Source of the DNA: the human T2T-CHM13v2.0 reference genome, Homo sapiens
DNA length: 64,000 bases
Reading direction: 5' to 3' (one strand)
NCBI RefSeq assembly: GCF_009914755.1
Contig: NC_060933.1
Below are positions 13,295 through 28,359 of the stretch, one piece after another. Every line of letters starts with the position of its first letter. Position 1 is the stretch's first letter. Both the position numbers and the translations under genes were made by a program. The notes under the pieces were generated by a model, which did not search any database, was not told the origin of the DNA, and saw only the letters and a list, made by a program, of their open reading frames with translations.

Positions 13295-14165
13295 GTACAA
13301 AGTGCTGCATCTTCCATGATGGAAGTGGCCCAAATTAACCAATCTACCACCAGGTAGCTGGCTGATCATTTGGGGAATGGTACCATAAGGAGACTCAGTG
13401 TTGGTCCCTGCTGCTGGTAGAGTAGGCACTCTGCAGTGGCCATAGCCAGGTCAGCCTTGGTGAGTGAAAGTCCATGTTGTTGAGCCCATGCATAGCCTTC
13501 ATCCCTGCCATCACGGCCATGGTATTACAGCATTCTTGCATTGCTATGAAGAAATACCTTAGGCTGGGTAATTTACAAAGAAAAGAAGTTTCCTTAGCTC
13601 ATGGTTCTGAAGGCTGTACAAGCCTGGTGCCGGCATCTCCTTGGCTTCTGGTGAGGCCTCAGGAGCTTTTACACATGGCGGATGACAAAGTGGGAGCAGG
13701 CATATCACACAGCAAGAGTGGGAGCAAGAGAACAAAAGAGAAGGTGCCACATACTTTTAAACAAGCAGATCTCATGTAAACTCAGAGCGAGAACACATTT
13801 ATCATCAAGGGCATGGTGCTAAACCATTCATGAGGGACTCGCCCCCATGATCCAAACACCTCTCACTGGGCCCCACCGCTAACACTGAAGATTACATTTC
13901 AATATGAGATTTGGAGGAGACAAACATCTAAACCATATCAGCCACTTGGCTCATGAGCCCATTGGACAATGACAGGAATGGCTGGGGGAAAGCCACTCAT
14001 TGACATCCACAGAACTGGTCATCCTATTATTAAAATCCTCCTCTGCCTAGGTCACCATTTGGTGAGTGTCCATAAGGGACACAAATATCTTCACAATTTT
14101 CCATGTCTTACCTTAGAAGCCCCATCACCCTCTCTTTCACATCTCCTCCAGTACTTATCCCCCAG
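13295..14165 (-). mobile_element. ERVL internal pol fragment (RNase H end / integrase N-terminus), split by an MST LTR
   Basis: The minus strand gives degenerate ..VQWAHEPSG / DGRDEGYAWAQQHGLSLTKADLAMATAECLLYQQQGPTLS..DQPATWW.., the HHCC zinc-finger region of ERVL integrase. Confidence 0.8.
13521..13940 (-). mobile_element. MSTA/MSTB solo LTR
   Basis: TTGCATTGCTATGAAGAAATACC...GGCCTCAGGAGCTTT...CTAAACCATATCA; 5-bp TSD GCCAT/GCCAC. Confidence 0.85.
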
Positions 14166-15819
14166 ATGATAGGACCATGTCCAGCAATACCTCTTCTCTC
14201 TGGTATTGATGGGTTAATGAGCAGATCTCACATAGGTAAAATTTCCAGATATCTAGAATTTAATCTTCTGTTAATTCTCCAATTATAACTAAAGTATTTC
14301 AGGTTGAAACTTCATTCAAGTGTAATTACTCACTTTAACCTTCTTAAACAGAATGTATATTACCTTTTCAAAAATAACTGAAATTTAATAAGATAAAAAT
14401 GTATCTATAATCATTCCTACTTAATAACTTTACATGTTTATTTCTGCATTTTTCTAAGTCCTTGCCCCAAAGTGGACATAATTTTATACTGTAATAGCAT
14501 AAAATAATTTTGCATTTGACATTTTTGATTTGGCATTAAACTATTGTTTATGTTTCTTTCGCTACTGCTTAAGAAAATGTGGGTGATTGTAATAAATAAA
14601 CCTGAAATGTAGGCAATTTTTATTGCCTTAAAAACAATAGAATGTTATTTCTCACTCACACAATAGTCCAATGAGGATGTCCCTGGTGGGCAAAGACTCT
14701 TGTCTACCAAATGGGATGGGGACTCAGTTTCCTTCCCTCTTGTGACTCTGGCATTGCCTAGAGCCACATGATTACCTGTACTGAATCTGTAGAAAGAGAA
14801 ATAAGCAGTGTAGAGATGATATGTCTGTTTTCTGATATCCTCAGCCTAGAAGAAACACACATTACTTCTGTTCTTATTCTCATACTAGTTTATCACCCAT
14901 TGTCCAAATGCACCATGTGGCCACACCTAGATGCAAGGGTGGGGTGGAAAATGTAGCCCCTGGCTGGGCAGCTGTTCCTCAGCATTGACTCTGTGCTATG
15001 GAAGGGCTTCCTAAGTTTTTGTGGACTGCTATCCCAGTCTGTCACCACTATACAATCTTCATAATTTTCCCTTTAAATGGCTGAGAGAAAATTTTGAACA
15101 AAAGCTACAAACATTTTTCAGATTCTTGATTCTCCAGACTTATTACTTGAGGGCAGTGACTAAATTATATTCAGTTCTATATCAGAAGGTTCTTCCATAT
15201 TGCCGGTTTCATGGTAGATATTCAATAAAATGAGTTGAATGACTACATAAATTTTAGCAAGAGCATATGGAAAATAATTTATCATGACTTTGGGTAATAC
15301 TATAGGTGTAATTATTGTCCTTTCTCTTTCCTGACTTGATTAATAGCACCACTATCCATTAAGTTATTAAAGGTAGAAAGCTGAGATTATTCTTGACTCC
15401 TTTTCTCACTGGTCCAGTATTAGTTATTTATTGCAGTGTAAGAAATTACCATGAAACTTAGTGGCTTAGTTGGGGCTTGATGGGGGCTGGAGGATCCACT
15501 GCAAGATGGCTCAGTCACTTGGCTGGCAAGGTGGTGCTGGCTGTTAGCCTCCCATCTGATCCTCCTCTTTCCGCTCCTGCCACTCTTCAAGGTATTTTTT
15601 CCAGAGCAGCCATTCATCATTCATTTATTTTTTCCCATTAATTAATTCAACAGATATTTATTGTATACTTACCATATGCCAGATTTGTTCTAGGTTCTTG
15701 GAATATAGCAGTGAAAAAAAAAAACAGTCCTTGGATCTTATATACAGTGGGGAAATAAACATATATTGTAGAAAATTAGATGGTAATGTGTGTGAGCACA
15801 TATATTTATTATTTCTCAT

Positions 15820-16242
15820 CATTTCTGAGACAGGAGATGGGTATTCTGGCTTGGGGACTCACATGAGGTCACAGTTACATGTTGGTATTGGTTTGGTCAT
15901 ATGAAGGCTTGGTGGGGGCTGGAGGATCCACTGTGAGATGGCTCAATCCCTTGGCTGGAAAGTTGGTGCTGGCTGTTGTTGGCAGGCCTTGCTTCCTCTT
16001 CACAGGGCTTCTTGAGTGTCTTCATGACATGGCAGCTGGCCTCTCCCAAAATAAGCTGTCCAAGAGAGCAGGGCAGAAGTGTCCATGCCATTTATGGCCT
16101 CACCATGGAAGTCACACACAAACACTTCTGCAATATATACAGATTACCCAGATCTGCATCGTTCAGTGTGGGAGGGGACCACAAAAAGGCACAAATGCCA
16201 AAAGGCAAGGACCATTGGGGCCATTTTGGAGGCTATTTACCA
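15820..16242 (-). mobile_element. MLT1-family MaLR LTR
   Basis: GGGGCTGGAGGATCCACT...CATGACATGGCAGCTGGC...GGGGCCATTTTGGAGGCT. Confidence 0.7.
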
Positions 16243-16444
16243 CAGCCCCTCTCTTCAATATTCCAGTCCACCTGCATATTCTGTTCATCCTCCTTCCAAA
16301 AATGTATCTCAAACCAAATGACTAATTTTCATTTCTGTTGGCTCTAGCCTAGTCCAAGACTCTATCAACACTCGACTTGAAGAGTGTCCCGTCTGATATT
16401 CCTCTTTCTGCTCTTGCCCCCCTTCAAGGTATTTCTCCCAGAGA

Positions 16445-17075
16445 AGCCATTCATCATGCATTCATTATTCTCCATTCATTAATTCAACAAATATTTATTG
16501 TACGCTTACCACATGCCAGATTTATTTTAGGTTCTTGGGATATAGCAGTGAAAAAAAGTCCTTGGGCTTTACATACAGTGGGAAAATAAATAATATGGAA
16601 AATGTTAAAGGCAACATATGTGATCCAGAAAATTATAGCAGGGTGAAGGAAATAGGAAACAATAGAAAAGTTAGGGACTTCTGGCTATAGTATTATATAG
16701 GGCTGTCAAGGGTGCTATCTCTCATTAGCTTACATTGAAACAGAAACCCAAAAGACAGTAGAGGGCAGGTATGTTAATATCTGGGCAAGTATTCTAAGCA
16801 GAGGAAAAAGAAAATGCAAGGGCCCTGAGGCAGGATCATGTTTGGTATGTTTGAGGAATAGCTGTTCTGTTCCGTTGTGGCTGGAACAGAAGAAGGAGGG
16901 CGGGAGGGCGATAGAGAATGGTACATGATGGAGGTCAGATTATGTAGGGCCTTGTAGACTACAATGAAGACTTTGGCTTTGTTTTGGGTTGGTGGGGGAC
17001 AAGGAATGCTATTGGAATGTTTTAGTGACTTGATGTGACTTACTTTTTAATAGGACCATTTGGGCTGCTCAGCCC
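16445..17075. mobile_element. L2 fragment
   Basis: ATTCATTAATTCAACAAATATTTATTG..., GCAAGGGCCCTGAGGCAGGA, GTAGGGCCTTGTAG, typical L2 3' motifs. Confidence 0.7.
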
Positions 17076-17368
17076 ATGATGTTTAAAAATGCAATCAGGT
17101 CACTTCCACTGTTTAAAACCTTTCAATGGATTCTGGTTGTACTTAGAATAAAATCTAAGCTCCCTTAGCTATTATTATTATATTATTATTAAAATTGACG
17201 TCCTTTATTCTCTATTACAGCAGTCTAATTCCTTCCTAATATGTACCTCACTAGTAACTATTATTATTATTATTTGTTTATAATCTGTCTCCTCTACTTT
17301 AAAATATGTAGCCTGGGGATCTTGTGGATTTCCATACTAAATCATCCCAAGGCCACTTTGCTTTTGAG

Positions 17369-17371
<3 letters not shown>

Positions 17372-17400
<29 letters not shown>
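17372..17400. repeat. (TG)14 microsatellite
   Basis: Read directly. Confidence 0.95.
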
Positions 17401-17403
<3 letters not shown>

Positions 17404-17515
17404 GATCTCTTCTGTAATTTTTTTCCCCTGATCTCGCTGATTGTTATATTTGGTCAGTGACTGACCTCTAGCAATGATGGTGCCAGGGCAACTTTGTTGT
17501 TGAACTGTATGTTAA

Positions 17516-18116
<601 letters not shown>

Positions 18117-19094
18117 TGAGGTTCTGCATTTCTATCAAGCTTGCAGGTGATGCCCATGCTGCCAGCCCTTTGAGTAACAAGGGGGCTTTATTACCGAGCT
18201 TGGCTGAACATTGGAATCATCTGTGGAGCTTTAAAACTACTAATGCTGGGCTCTCAACCCCAGAGATTGCAATATCATCAGTCTAGAATGCAGTTTGAGT
18301 ACTAGGATTTTAAAAAGTTTCATAAGTGATTCTATTTTGTAGAAATATTGAGAACTACTAGATTGGATGATATTGAATCCAATTTTAAAATAAGGTGTAG
18401 CAATAAATGTTCTTCAGCGCTGTGTTGCTGACTTTTTAGAAAGTCAGTTTTGTAGCTCTAGAAAGAATCTGGCTGCATCCATGGATGACCTCCAGATCTC
18501 TGCTTAGCATGACTGGGTAATTTCTCCAATGTCTCCAGCACATGCTGTCACTTAACAGCAGAAAGAGAATTCCTACTTTCAGGAGAAAAGTCATTCCTGA
18601 AGATTACAGTTAAAATATGCCCACAGATCATGAGGTTGTACTAAGTCAGTCCCCTTGCTCTCTGAGCTTGTTCTAAGTTACAGGAAGCAGAAGAAGCAGA
18701 GAAGCACTCCATTTCTTTTTTCTTGTAATCTCTAGCATGTTCACATGCATAGTTTCTGAGTCAGTAGCAAACTAAGAACTTCTTGTGTGATTCAAGCTAA
18801 CCCCTCGATTATCAGAAGCAGATGTTTCAAACGACTGAAGATCAATGAGGCATATCCTATTTACAGGTTAATAATTGACTACTAGATGCAGGTGCCCCAA
18901 ATGGTCTTAGAGACATTAGATAGGAGAGACAATGTCAGTGCTCCCCCTACCCTGCCTCCCCTAATCTAAAGCCTACTCTGTTTCTTTTATCAAGTGATTG
19001 GCTGTATGTTAACAGAGCCTGGGGCACTTTCCTGTTGAAATGCCTTTAATCCCAAGCAACTGTATTTATTTTTTTTTTTTTTTGGATGGTTTAG

Positions 19095-19313
<219 letters not shown>

Positions 19314-20339
19314 TAGTCTCACAGTGACCCTTTGATGATAGACAAGCAAGGTGCAGAGGACCTAGCTCAGAAAAATTTAGTGAGGTGCCCAAAGTGATCC
19401 AACAAAGAAGTGGCATGATGGGCTCATGAACCCATTTGGGTGGTCTCTTGGTCCCCTGTACTCTTCAGCATAAACTATTGAATAGTTGATGCTTATCTGA
19501 TATGGAAGGACTCTGAATTTTAACATTAAAACATACCCTGAAGGTCGTTGTCTAAATGACAATGACCCTCATTTTACACATGAACAAATCAAAGGCCTGA
19601 GAGGCTGAGTTACTGCTGAAGGCCACAGGGTTGATCAGGGTCAGATTAATGATTTTTAGCCCAAATCCTGGGCTCTCTTTTTCCTACAGTGTTGACTTTC
19701 TCTCAAAATCATAGAATTGTTTCACTTTTTCTTATATTCACAGCAATTTATAGTTTGGGGGTCCTTAGTGGAGGGGGTGGCATATATGTATGGAGTAAAT
19801 TTCTTTTAAAAATTGAACACACAAAAAAATAGGGAGAATAAGAAATAGATAACATGTACCCATTATCTTGTTTTTCTATTTTGCTTATCTTTTTTTTCTG
19901 AAGAATTTTAAAGCAAATTATAGCACAAGAACATTTCACACCCAAATATTTTTGTATGCATCTCTTAAAAAGAAAGACACATTGCTGCATGACCGTGCTA
20001 ACATACCTAACAATAATAACATTAATTCTCCAATATCACCTGAAAACTAATCTATAGTCAAATTTTTCAATAATCCCAAAAATATTATTATTTATAGCTG
20101 TTTTATTCAAATCAGGATACATCTAAGGATGCCATGCATTTGCCTGGCAAGTCTCTTAAATCTCTTTTAATCTAGAACACTGAGTTTGCATGAATGTGGG
20201 TAGGAGCCAAATTTTAACCAGCAACAGTTACCATTATAAATTATTCCTCATCCCAGGCAAAGCAGTGCATTCTGAAGGGAAAACTTATTATCTATCCCTC
20301 CTTGTAGACGTTTTACATGTTATCCAAACAAGAAAGTGT

Positions 20340-22538
20340 ATTCATGTTGAATATTTAAAAAACAATATTGTAACCACAAAGCAGAAAACTAAACCACCAA
20401 ACCACAAAGGTAGACAACAATAGAGGAAGAAGAGAACAAATTATCTACAAAGTAACCAGAAAACAATTAGCAAAATGGCAGGAGTAAGTCTTTTACTATC
20501 AATAATAACCTTGCTGGTACATGGGTTAAACTGTCCAATCAAAAGATATAGAATGGCTGAGTGGATCAACAACAAGATCCAACTAGATGCTGCCTACAAG
20601 AGACCCATTTTTAAACTTTAAGAATAGGCATATACTGAAAGTAAAGGGATAGAAGGAGATATTCCATGAAAACAGACAGTTACCAAAAGAGAGCAGGGAT
20701 GCCTATACTTATATCAGATAAAACAGACTTCCAGTAAAAAGCTGTTCCAAGAGACAAAGAAGGTCATGATTTAATGATAAAGAGGTCATCTTATCAAGAG
20801 GACATAACAATTGTAAACATATATGCATCCAAAATTGAAGCACTTAAATATGTAAAGCAAATATTAGTGGACATGAAGGAAGAAATATACAGCAATATAA
20901 CACTAATAGGGGACTTCAGTACTCCACTTGCAACAATGGAGAGATCAACCAGACAAAAAATTAACAAGACAACACTAAATTTGAACTATACTTCAGACCA
21001 AATGGACCTACCAGACCTACATTCATCCAACAACAGCAGAATATACATTCTTCTCTAGCATACATAGAACATTCTCCAGGATAGACCATATGTTAGGCCA
21101 CAAAATAAACCTTAACAAATTCAAAAAGATTGAAATCATGTCTAGTATTGTTTCCAACCACAATGGTGTGAAGCTAAAAATCAATAACAGGAGGAATCTT
21201 GGAAAATTTACAAATATGTGGAAATTAAAGAACATGCTTATGATGAACTAATGGGTCAAAGAAGAAATCAAGAGGGAAATTAAAAAATATTTTGAGATTA
21301 ATGACAATGGAAACACAATGTATCAAAACCTACAGTATGCAGCAAAGTCAGTTCTAAGAGAGAAGTTTATAGCAATAAATGCCTAGATTAAAAAAGGAAA
21401 AAGATATAAATAAGTAGACTAACATTATGCCCCAAGGAGCTAAAGAACAAACTAAACCCAAAGTGAGCAAAAGGAAGGAAATAATGAAGATCAGAACAGA
21501 AGCAAATAAAATGTAGTATAGTAAAACTATAGAAAATATAAATAAAATCAAAAGTTGGTTCTTTGAAAAAATAAAATCTACAAACTCCTAGCTAGATTCA
21601 CTAAAAAAAGCAGACTCAAATAAATAAAATCAGAAATGAAAGTGGAGACATTGCAATAGATACCTCAGAAATAAAAATGCTCATAAGGGATTATTATGAA
21701 CAATTTTATGCCAACAAATTGGAGGACCTAGAAGAATTGGATAAATTTCTAGAAAAACTAACCCATCAAGATTGAATTGGGAAGAAACAAAAAGTTTGAA
21801 CACTCCAACAACAAATAAAGAAATTGAAGAAGTGATTAAAAACTTTCCAAAATAGAAAAGCCTAGGACCAAATGGCTTCATGGCTGAATTTTATCAAACA
21901 TTCAAAGAATAATTATTACCAACACTTCTTAGACTCTTCCAAAAATTAGAGCTACAGGGAATACTTCCAAACACATTTTGTGAGGCCAGCATCACCGTGA
22001 TACCTAAAGCCAGACAAACATATTGTAAGAAAATAAAACCACAGGCCAATATCTCTGATAAATATTGACGAAAACCAAATTCAACAACACATTAAAGAAA
22101 TTATGAATCATGGCCAAGTGGGATTTATCCCTGACATGCAAGACTGGCTAAACAGAATGAAAGATAAAAGCCACATGATCATCTCAATTGGTGCAGGAAA
22201 GGCATTTTACAAAGTTCAGCATTCTTTCTTAACAAAAACTCTTAACACTTTAGGTATAGAAGGAAAGTTTCTCAACATAATAAAGGTCGTTTATAAGAAA
22301 CCCACAGCTAACATCATAATCCATTGGGGACAACTGAAAACTTTTCCACAATTTAGTACATGGCAGGGATGCTCACTCTTGCTATTTCTATTCAACATAG
22401 TTTTGGAAGTACTAGCAAGAGCAATCAGACAAGAAAAATAAATAAAAGTCATCCAAATTGGAAAGGAGAAAGTAAAATAATCTCTATTTACAGATGATAT
22501 GATCCTATATATAGAAAATTCTAAAGATTCTACACATG

Positions 22539-22574
<36 letters not shown>

Positions 22575-23437
22575 AATTTTTAGAACTAATAAATGAATTC
22601 AATAAGTTGCAGGATACAAAATCAACATACAAACATCAGTAGCATTTCTATACATAAATAATGACCCAGCTGAAAAGAAAACAATGCCATTTATGATAGC
22701 ATCAAAAAAATACTTAGGAATAAATTTAACCAAGGGGTGAAAGTATACTGAAAACTATAAAACATTGATTGAATAAGACACAAATAAATAGATATCCTGT
22801 GCTCACTGATCATGGATCAAAAACATTAATATTATTAAAACATTCATACTACCAAAAACAATATACTGATTTAACACAACCCCTATCAAAATTTCAATAA
22901 CATTCTTCATGGAAATAGAAAAGCAATACTAAAATTTGTATGGAGCCACAAAAAACCAAAGCAATGTTGAGGGGAAAAAAGTTGGAGGTACCACACTTGC
23001 TGATTTAAAATTATATTACAAAGCTAAAGTAAAACCAAAACAGTATGATACTGGCATAAAAACAGAAACGTAGACCAATGGAACAGAATAGAGAGCCCAG
23101 AAATAAATCAAGACATATATAGTCAACTAATTTTGGAGCAGGGCACCAAGAGGACATAATGGAGAAAGAAAAAAACCTCTTCAATAAATGGTGCCTGGGA
23201 AAACAAAAATGTAAAAGAATGAAATTGGACCCTTATCTTACACTATACACAGAAATAAACTCAAAATGAATAAAAGAACTAAACATAAGATCTGAAACCA
23301 TAAAAATCCTAGAAAAGAACATAGGGAAAAAGTTATTTGACATTGGCCTTGGCAATGATTTCTTGGATATCACATCAAAAGCTCGGGCTACAAAAGCAAA
23401 AACAAATAAATGGGACTACCTCAAATTAAAAAGCTTT
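20340..23437 (+). mobile_element. Degenerate L1 (L1MA/MB-like) ORF2 region, 3'-truncated
   Basis: Broken ORF2 peptides: endonuclease (QEDITIVNIYAS..LIGDFSTPL) and RT ([34 protein letters not shown]); many stops; ends at GGGACTACCTCAAATTAAAAAGCTT. Confidence 0.92.
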
Positions 23438-24127
23438 TTAGCTTTTCCATTTTTCATTTATTTATTTTATACACTTTAAAATCTCTGGGTATTCTTTTTT
23501 AGCATCTTAAAATTTATTTTTATATGAGTGCCTGTAGATTTGCCGTATCCTTTAAAAAACAATTATTTTAATATATATTATAATTGTACATATTTTCGGT
23601 GTGCATATGGTGAAAGTCATTGGAGTGGAAGATAGCAAGGAGCTTGGAAATTGAAAAGGAATTCAGAAGTTGTTGATGAACTCTGAAGTTATCAGCATGG
23701 ATGGTTGAATGGCATCATAGACAACTATCTAGAGAGACAGTACTTGCTTTACTTTTGGAAATCAGTGTGCTGGCATTAAAACTCAGGGACTTGAAAATGA
23801 TGGACACAGCCAAAGAATATAGTATGGTGCCTGGGGTGTAGGGAGTGGAGGGAGATATTCATGCATTCTGTAATCTGGCAAGCATAAAATAATGCAAAAA
23901 TGAAACAAGACTACCTATTCTTTAAGTTTTGTGAAGGGTAAAAAATGGTAAGGAGTGAAGCAAAGGGCTATTTTTATTTCTTTGAGGTCTTCACTTTTCC
24001 CACACAACAAGAAAATTGTTGGTAAAATCTTCTGGGCTGTCTTCTCTCCCACTTACTAGAATAGGACTATTGCTATTCTTTTTTATGAGCATTTATTGGA
24101 ATACAGTGATGGTGCTACACTCTAAGG

Positions 24128-24430
24128 CAGCATTGTCCAACAGAAAAATATTGTGAGTCACATACATACTTTACATTTTTAGTAGCCACATTAAAAAAGT
24201 GAAAAGAAACAAGTGAAATTCACATTGTGTTTTATTTAAACTACTATATCTAAAATATTATTATACCATGTCATCGATATAAAAATTATTAATGCAATCG
24301 ATTGCATTTTCTACTAACTCTTCAAAATTTGGTGTGCATTTACAATTGCAGCACACCTCAACTTGACTAGCCACATTTTAAGTGCTCAACAGCTAAATGT
24401 GACTAGTAACAATTGTATTGGACAATGCAG
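24128..24430. mobile_element. MER33 DNA transposon
   Basis: CAGCATTGTCCAACAGAA...TAGCCACATTAAAAAAGT...GTATTGGACAATGCAG. Confidence 0.75.
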
Positions 24431-25292
24431 TTCTAAGGATTGAGATATTTTAAAAATCAAGAAACAATTTTTGTTCAGTAGAAAGTTACAGTATAGTTGA
24501 CAAGTAAGATTCATACAGAAAACTATCTATACATCTAGCAATCATTTATACTTTAGATCTTTCAATCTACTTATTTGTTTCTCAACCTTGTTGCAAAAAA
24601 AAAAAATCTGAAATGGCTTGCATTAAGATATACAAGGTAAAAAAAAAAAAAAAAAAGCAAAACCCCAAAAGGTGAACAATTATTGATTTCATGTTCAATT
24701 TATTTAAAGTCTAATACTACTTGTCAATTTGGCCTTCCGAGGAAATGCATCATATATTTTTAGTTGAGCTTCATTTTAGAAGTGATTAGAGATTGTGAGT
24801 TGGGGAAAATAATTAACTTACCCTGCTAAGCTCACACATCAATTAGGTAGCAGAGCTGGGAATAGAAAGCATAGTTTCCTCTTCTAGATGCACTGGGGAA
24901 GCTGCATGGAAATCTGGAATCCCTCACTTCTGTCAAATGCATATCCTGTTTGTGTCTCATAACCTGAATAAAGCTGATTACATAACCAGGTTTCCCTGGC
25001 AGGTGTGAAACTATTTTTAGGAAAGATGTGTCATTGCTTAGAAGTGGATTAAAACAAACAAACAAACATATGGGTTGTTAGTCTACATAGAACAGGTGAG
25101 GCTGATCAAATTTCCCCCATAGTGGATGAGTACAGTATAAGAAATATCAAGGCTAATTGAACTGTGAACCATTGATCATTGTTTAGAGAACAAATGAATC
25201 TTTCTCTGCCTGGTGGAGGAGGATGGTAACATTTCACTGCTTGAAACTCACGAGACTTTTAAAAACATGTATTTTTGGTGTTCAAATTTTAG

Positions 25293-25439
25293 GTCCTGCA
25301 CCCGATGTTGTCTCAGACAAAATCTACCAAATCAGCAAAACGATTGAGGAATATGCTATATGTCCTGATCTCCAAATCGACCTATCTCGACTAGGAAGAC
25401 AAGAATTTGACCTAGAGAACAAATTCAAACCATTCAGAG
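25293..25439 (+). pseudogene. PGM5: PGM5-like exon 3
   Basis: tttag|GTCCTGCA...TTCAGAG|gtaaca; (G)[48 protein letters not shown]; 147 bp. Confidence 0.96.
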
Positions 25440-28359
25440 GTAACAGAGATTTTATTTTGAAGAAGTCAGAGTAACTATGTGGATGGGGCTGACTGGTTTC
25501 TGTAGGGAAGTAAACTCATGAAAATTATTGCATTGTTAATCTCAGGGGTGACTCGATAAATGTGTGTAAACTTAATATGGTGTAGAGAGAAGACATGAGA
25601 GCAGCCAAGATATTCAGAACTGGAAACTTTCAAAAACCACTTCCCAAACTCGATATCATTTTCAACATAGGAAAAGTTTTATGGTTGACTTCATTATAGC
25701 ATTCCAAAAATAGGCTGTGAATTGCCAAAACTTGTCTAAGCAATTAAGGTGAAGATGCTGGAATGCCTTAGTTAAGAAGAAACCTAACAAGTCAATGGGT
25801 TATTAAATTTCTCATGAAAGGTAGGAGTTTCTTTTCCAAGCCATAACCAAGCTTGGAATAATTACGCATCAGCTTATTGAATGCATAATTATTGATCACT
25901 TGCCCTATACCAAGCACCGTGTTAGGAGATTTTACAAAGGAATTCAGTAACTACCAAATATATTTAGGCAAGTGATTCAAAAATTAAAGAACCAAAATGA
26001 GATTGTCAAAAATATTATCTTATATTGTAAAGCAAATATAACTTCTACAGTATTCAGAAGATAGCTTTTTGTTTTATAGATTAATTTTAGACCATATGAC
26101 AACAACATTAATAACATGTATGTATACAACATTTTCCCCCTATATTTTATCATATTGCTTTTTCCTAGAAGGCATAGAATAGCAATAGATCTAATATGTT
26201 TTACTTTTTTAGTGCTTCTATAAGCTTGAATGCAGTTTGTGTTAAGATGGTATCCTCATTTTATAAGTAATTTAACTTAGCCCAAAAGAGGAAATACCTG
26301 GTTTGTGTCCATGTGATATTTTAGGGATAGAGAAAAGATTAAAATGGATTGTGTGGGGGTCACAGTATTTGCCCAGTGTTACCAAATCTTTCTTGAGAAG
26401 TTTTGAGTCAGTTGTTTGCTTAGGTAATGAGCAGAAATTTACAGAGAGCCATGATACTCACTGGAAGCAACAGGGCCTGCTTTTGCTAATCTAGCTGGGA
26501 GAATGCATAGGCATATGTGTGCACACGCATGGGATGGCTGGACAATTAAAGGCAAGGGGTACATTATATTAAGCAAAATGATTTCAATACACTGATTACA
26601 TATGGTTGGAAGGACTAGGCTTATTTTTGGCATCTTCACAATTTTTATAGTTGTCCAAGAGACCCGAATCTTCGTGGGCTCTCATTCAGGCTCATTGCTG
26701 CAGCCACATTGCTAGTTGAATGAGTTTTCTAAAAATGTTACTGATACCAGGAGATAGGTAGAGGGATTCCCTGGCTTCCAAGAATTTGGAGATAATCGTT
26801 TGGGATAATTTATGTGCTGTATTCTTGCTGGTTCAAGTGTTGAGCAAAGCTTGAGTTAATTAGGAACAAATAATTCCTTTGCATTTCACTTTAAAGTGTC
26901 AAGAGCATGAACTATATGATGTGAACTTTCAATTTTTACTGACTTCTTGTTCCCTCGTTTTTCACATTTGTTTGGTACTGTGTGTTACCTATTGTAAATA
27001 CCAAATGTATTTAGGCAAGTGGTTCAAGAATTGAAGAGCCAGAATGAAATTGTCAAAAACATTATCCTATAATGTAGAGTGAGTAAAACTTCCAAAGTAC
27101 TCAGGGCATAACCTTTTGTCTTACAGATTAATTTTTTTATGGCAGTAAAATATACATAACAAAATTTACCATTTTAACCACTGTCAGGTGTACACTTTAT
27201 ACAGGTTAATTTTTAATTACTTCGTAGATTATTATGCTCCTCATGTAAAAAGATAATTTAAAAGTATCCATGTTACAAATATAACTATATTTGAATGAAC
27301 ACATAGATTACATTGACTTAAGTGTAAGAAAAAATATTTTTAGATATGTATTTGATCAGATGAAGGGATAATATTATATGGCATATTAAGATCTCATCCA
27401 TTAAATATCACACCTGGATTTACTAAAAATTATTGAAAGTGGGTTGGTAATATCTTCAGTGCAAGTTTAAAAGTATTTCAGGGTTTCAAAGTAGTATGTA
27501 TTTGAAAAATCTGAAAACAATATACATAAGTTTCAAAATTTAGCTAAGAATTTAAAAAAGCAGGGCTCCTGGACAAATTTTAGCACCTAAAGAATTGATT
27601 TACTACTTCTTGGAAAAGTACTTTCCGAGCATTAATTATACACTGATTGACAAGTATGAAAAATGTATTCTGAGCTTTTTGGTATGTCACATAAATGAAT
27701 AAAACTTTTTGGATTCTTGGTTACTGGGTGGTGCTAGATACTGGAAAGCATTTGTGTTTAATGAGAACTTCTAGATATTTGCCATTCACTTGGAAATTGG
27801 GTGCTAGATTGGGCATGAATGAGATTTCACGCAAACCCAGGAATATATTCATCACCAATTCTGCACTCGAATCTGGTAGGCACAATGGCATTTGGAAAAC
27901 AGGGGTCACTACTGAGGTCACTTGCTGATTTGTTTCATACCAGCTGAGTCAGTCTTTGGCCAGCCCCCACAAGAAAGGCAACTGGATATGCCAAAATGCC
28001 TCTAAACATTGAGATGTGTGCTGTGTGCATTTTTTTGGGAGGGGAAGTGGGAGCAGGAGTAACAGGGCACATTTTAATCTTAATTTATTCTTGTGGTTGA
28101 TATTTTCCTTGCAAAGAATAATTTATAACTTGGTATCATTTGTACCCATTGAGCACCTGAAAAGCTTGTAGTATCTTGATTGTGCCCTGATTTGTGATTT
28201 TTGTCAACAAATGGGCACTTCGCTTCCCACATCATGTGTAGGGATATGATGGGCTTGTGACCAGAATTTCATGCTGTTAAGGTAGTGATTCTTTTTATGC
28301 TTCCAAGTATCTTTCATGGGTACAGTCAATGACATTTTCCTTTGTTTTTCTATCTTTAG

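Noticed and set aside
15879-16347. Overlapping 148-aa and 123-aa ORFs
   Set aside because: MLT1 LTR sequence.
20774-22441. Endonuclease/RT ORFs as an active retroelement or novel RT system
   Set aside because: Fragments of a heavily decayed L1 ORF2 with many stops and frameshifts.
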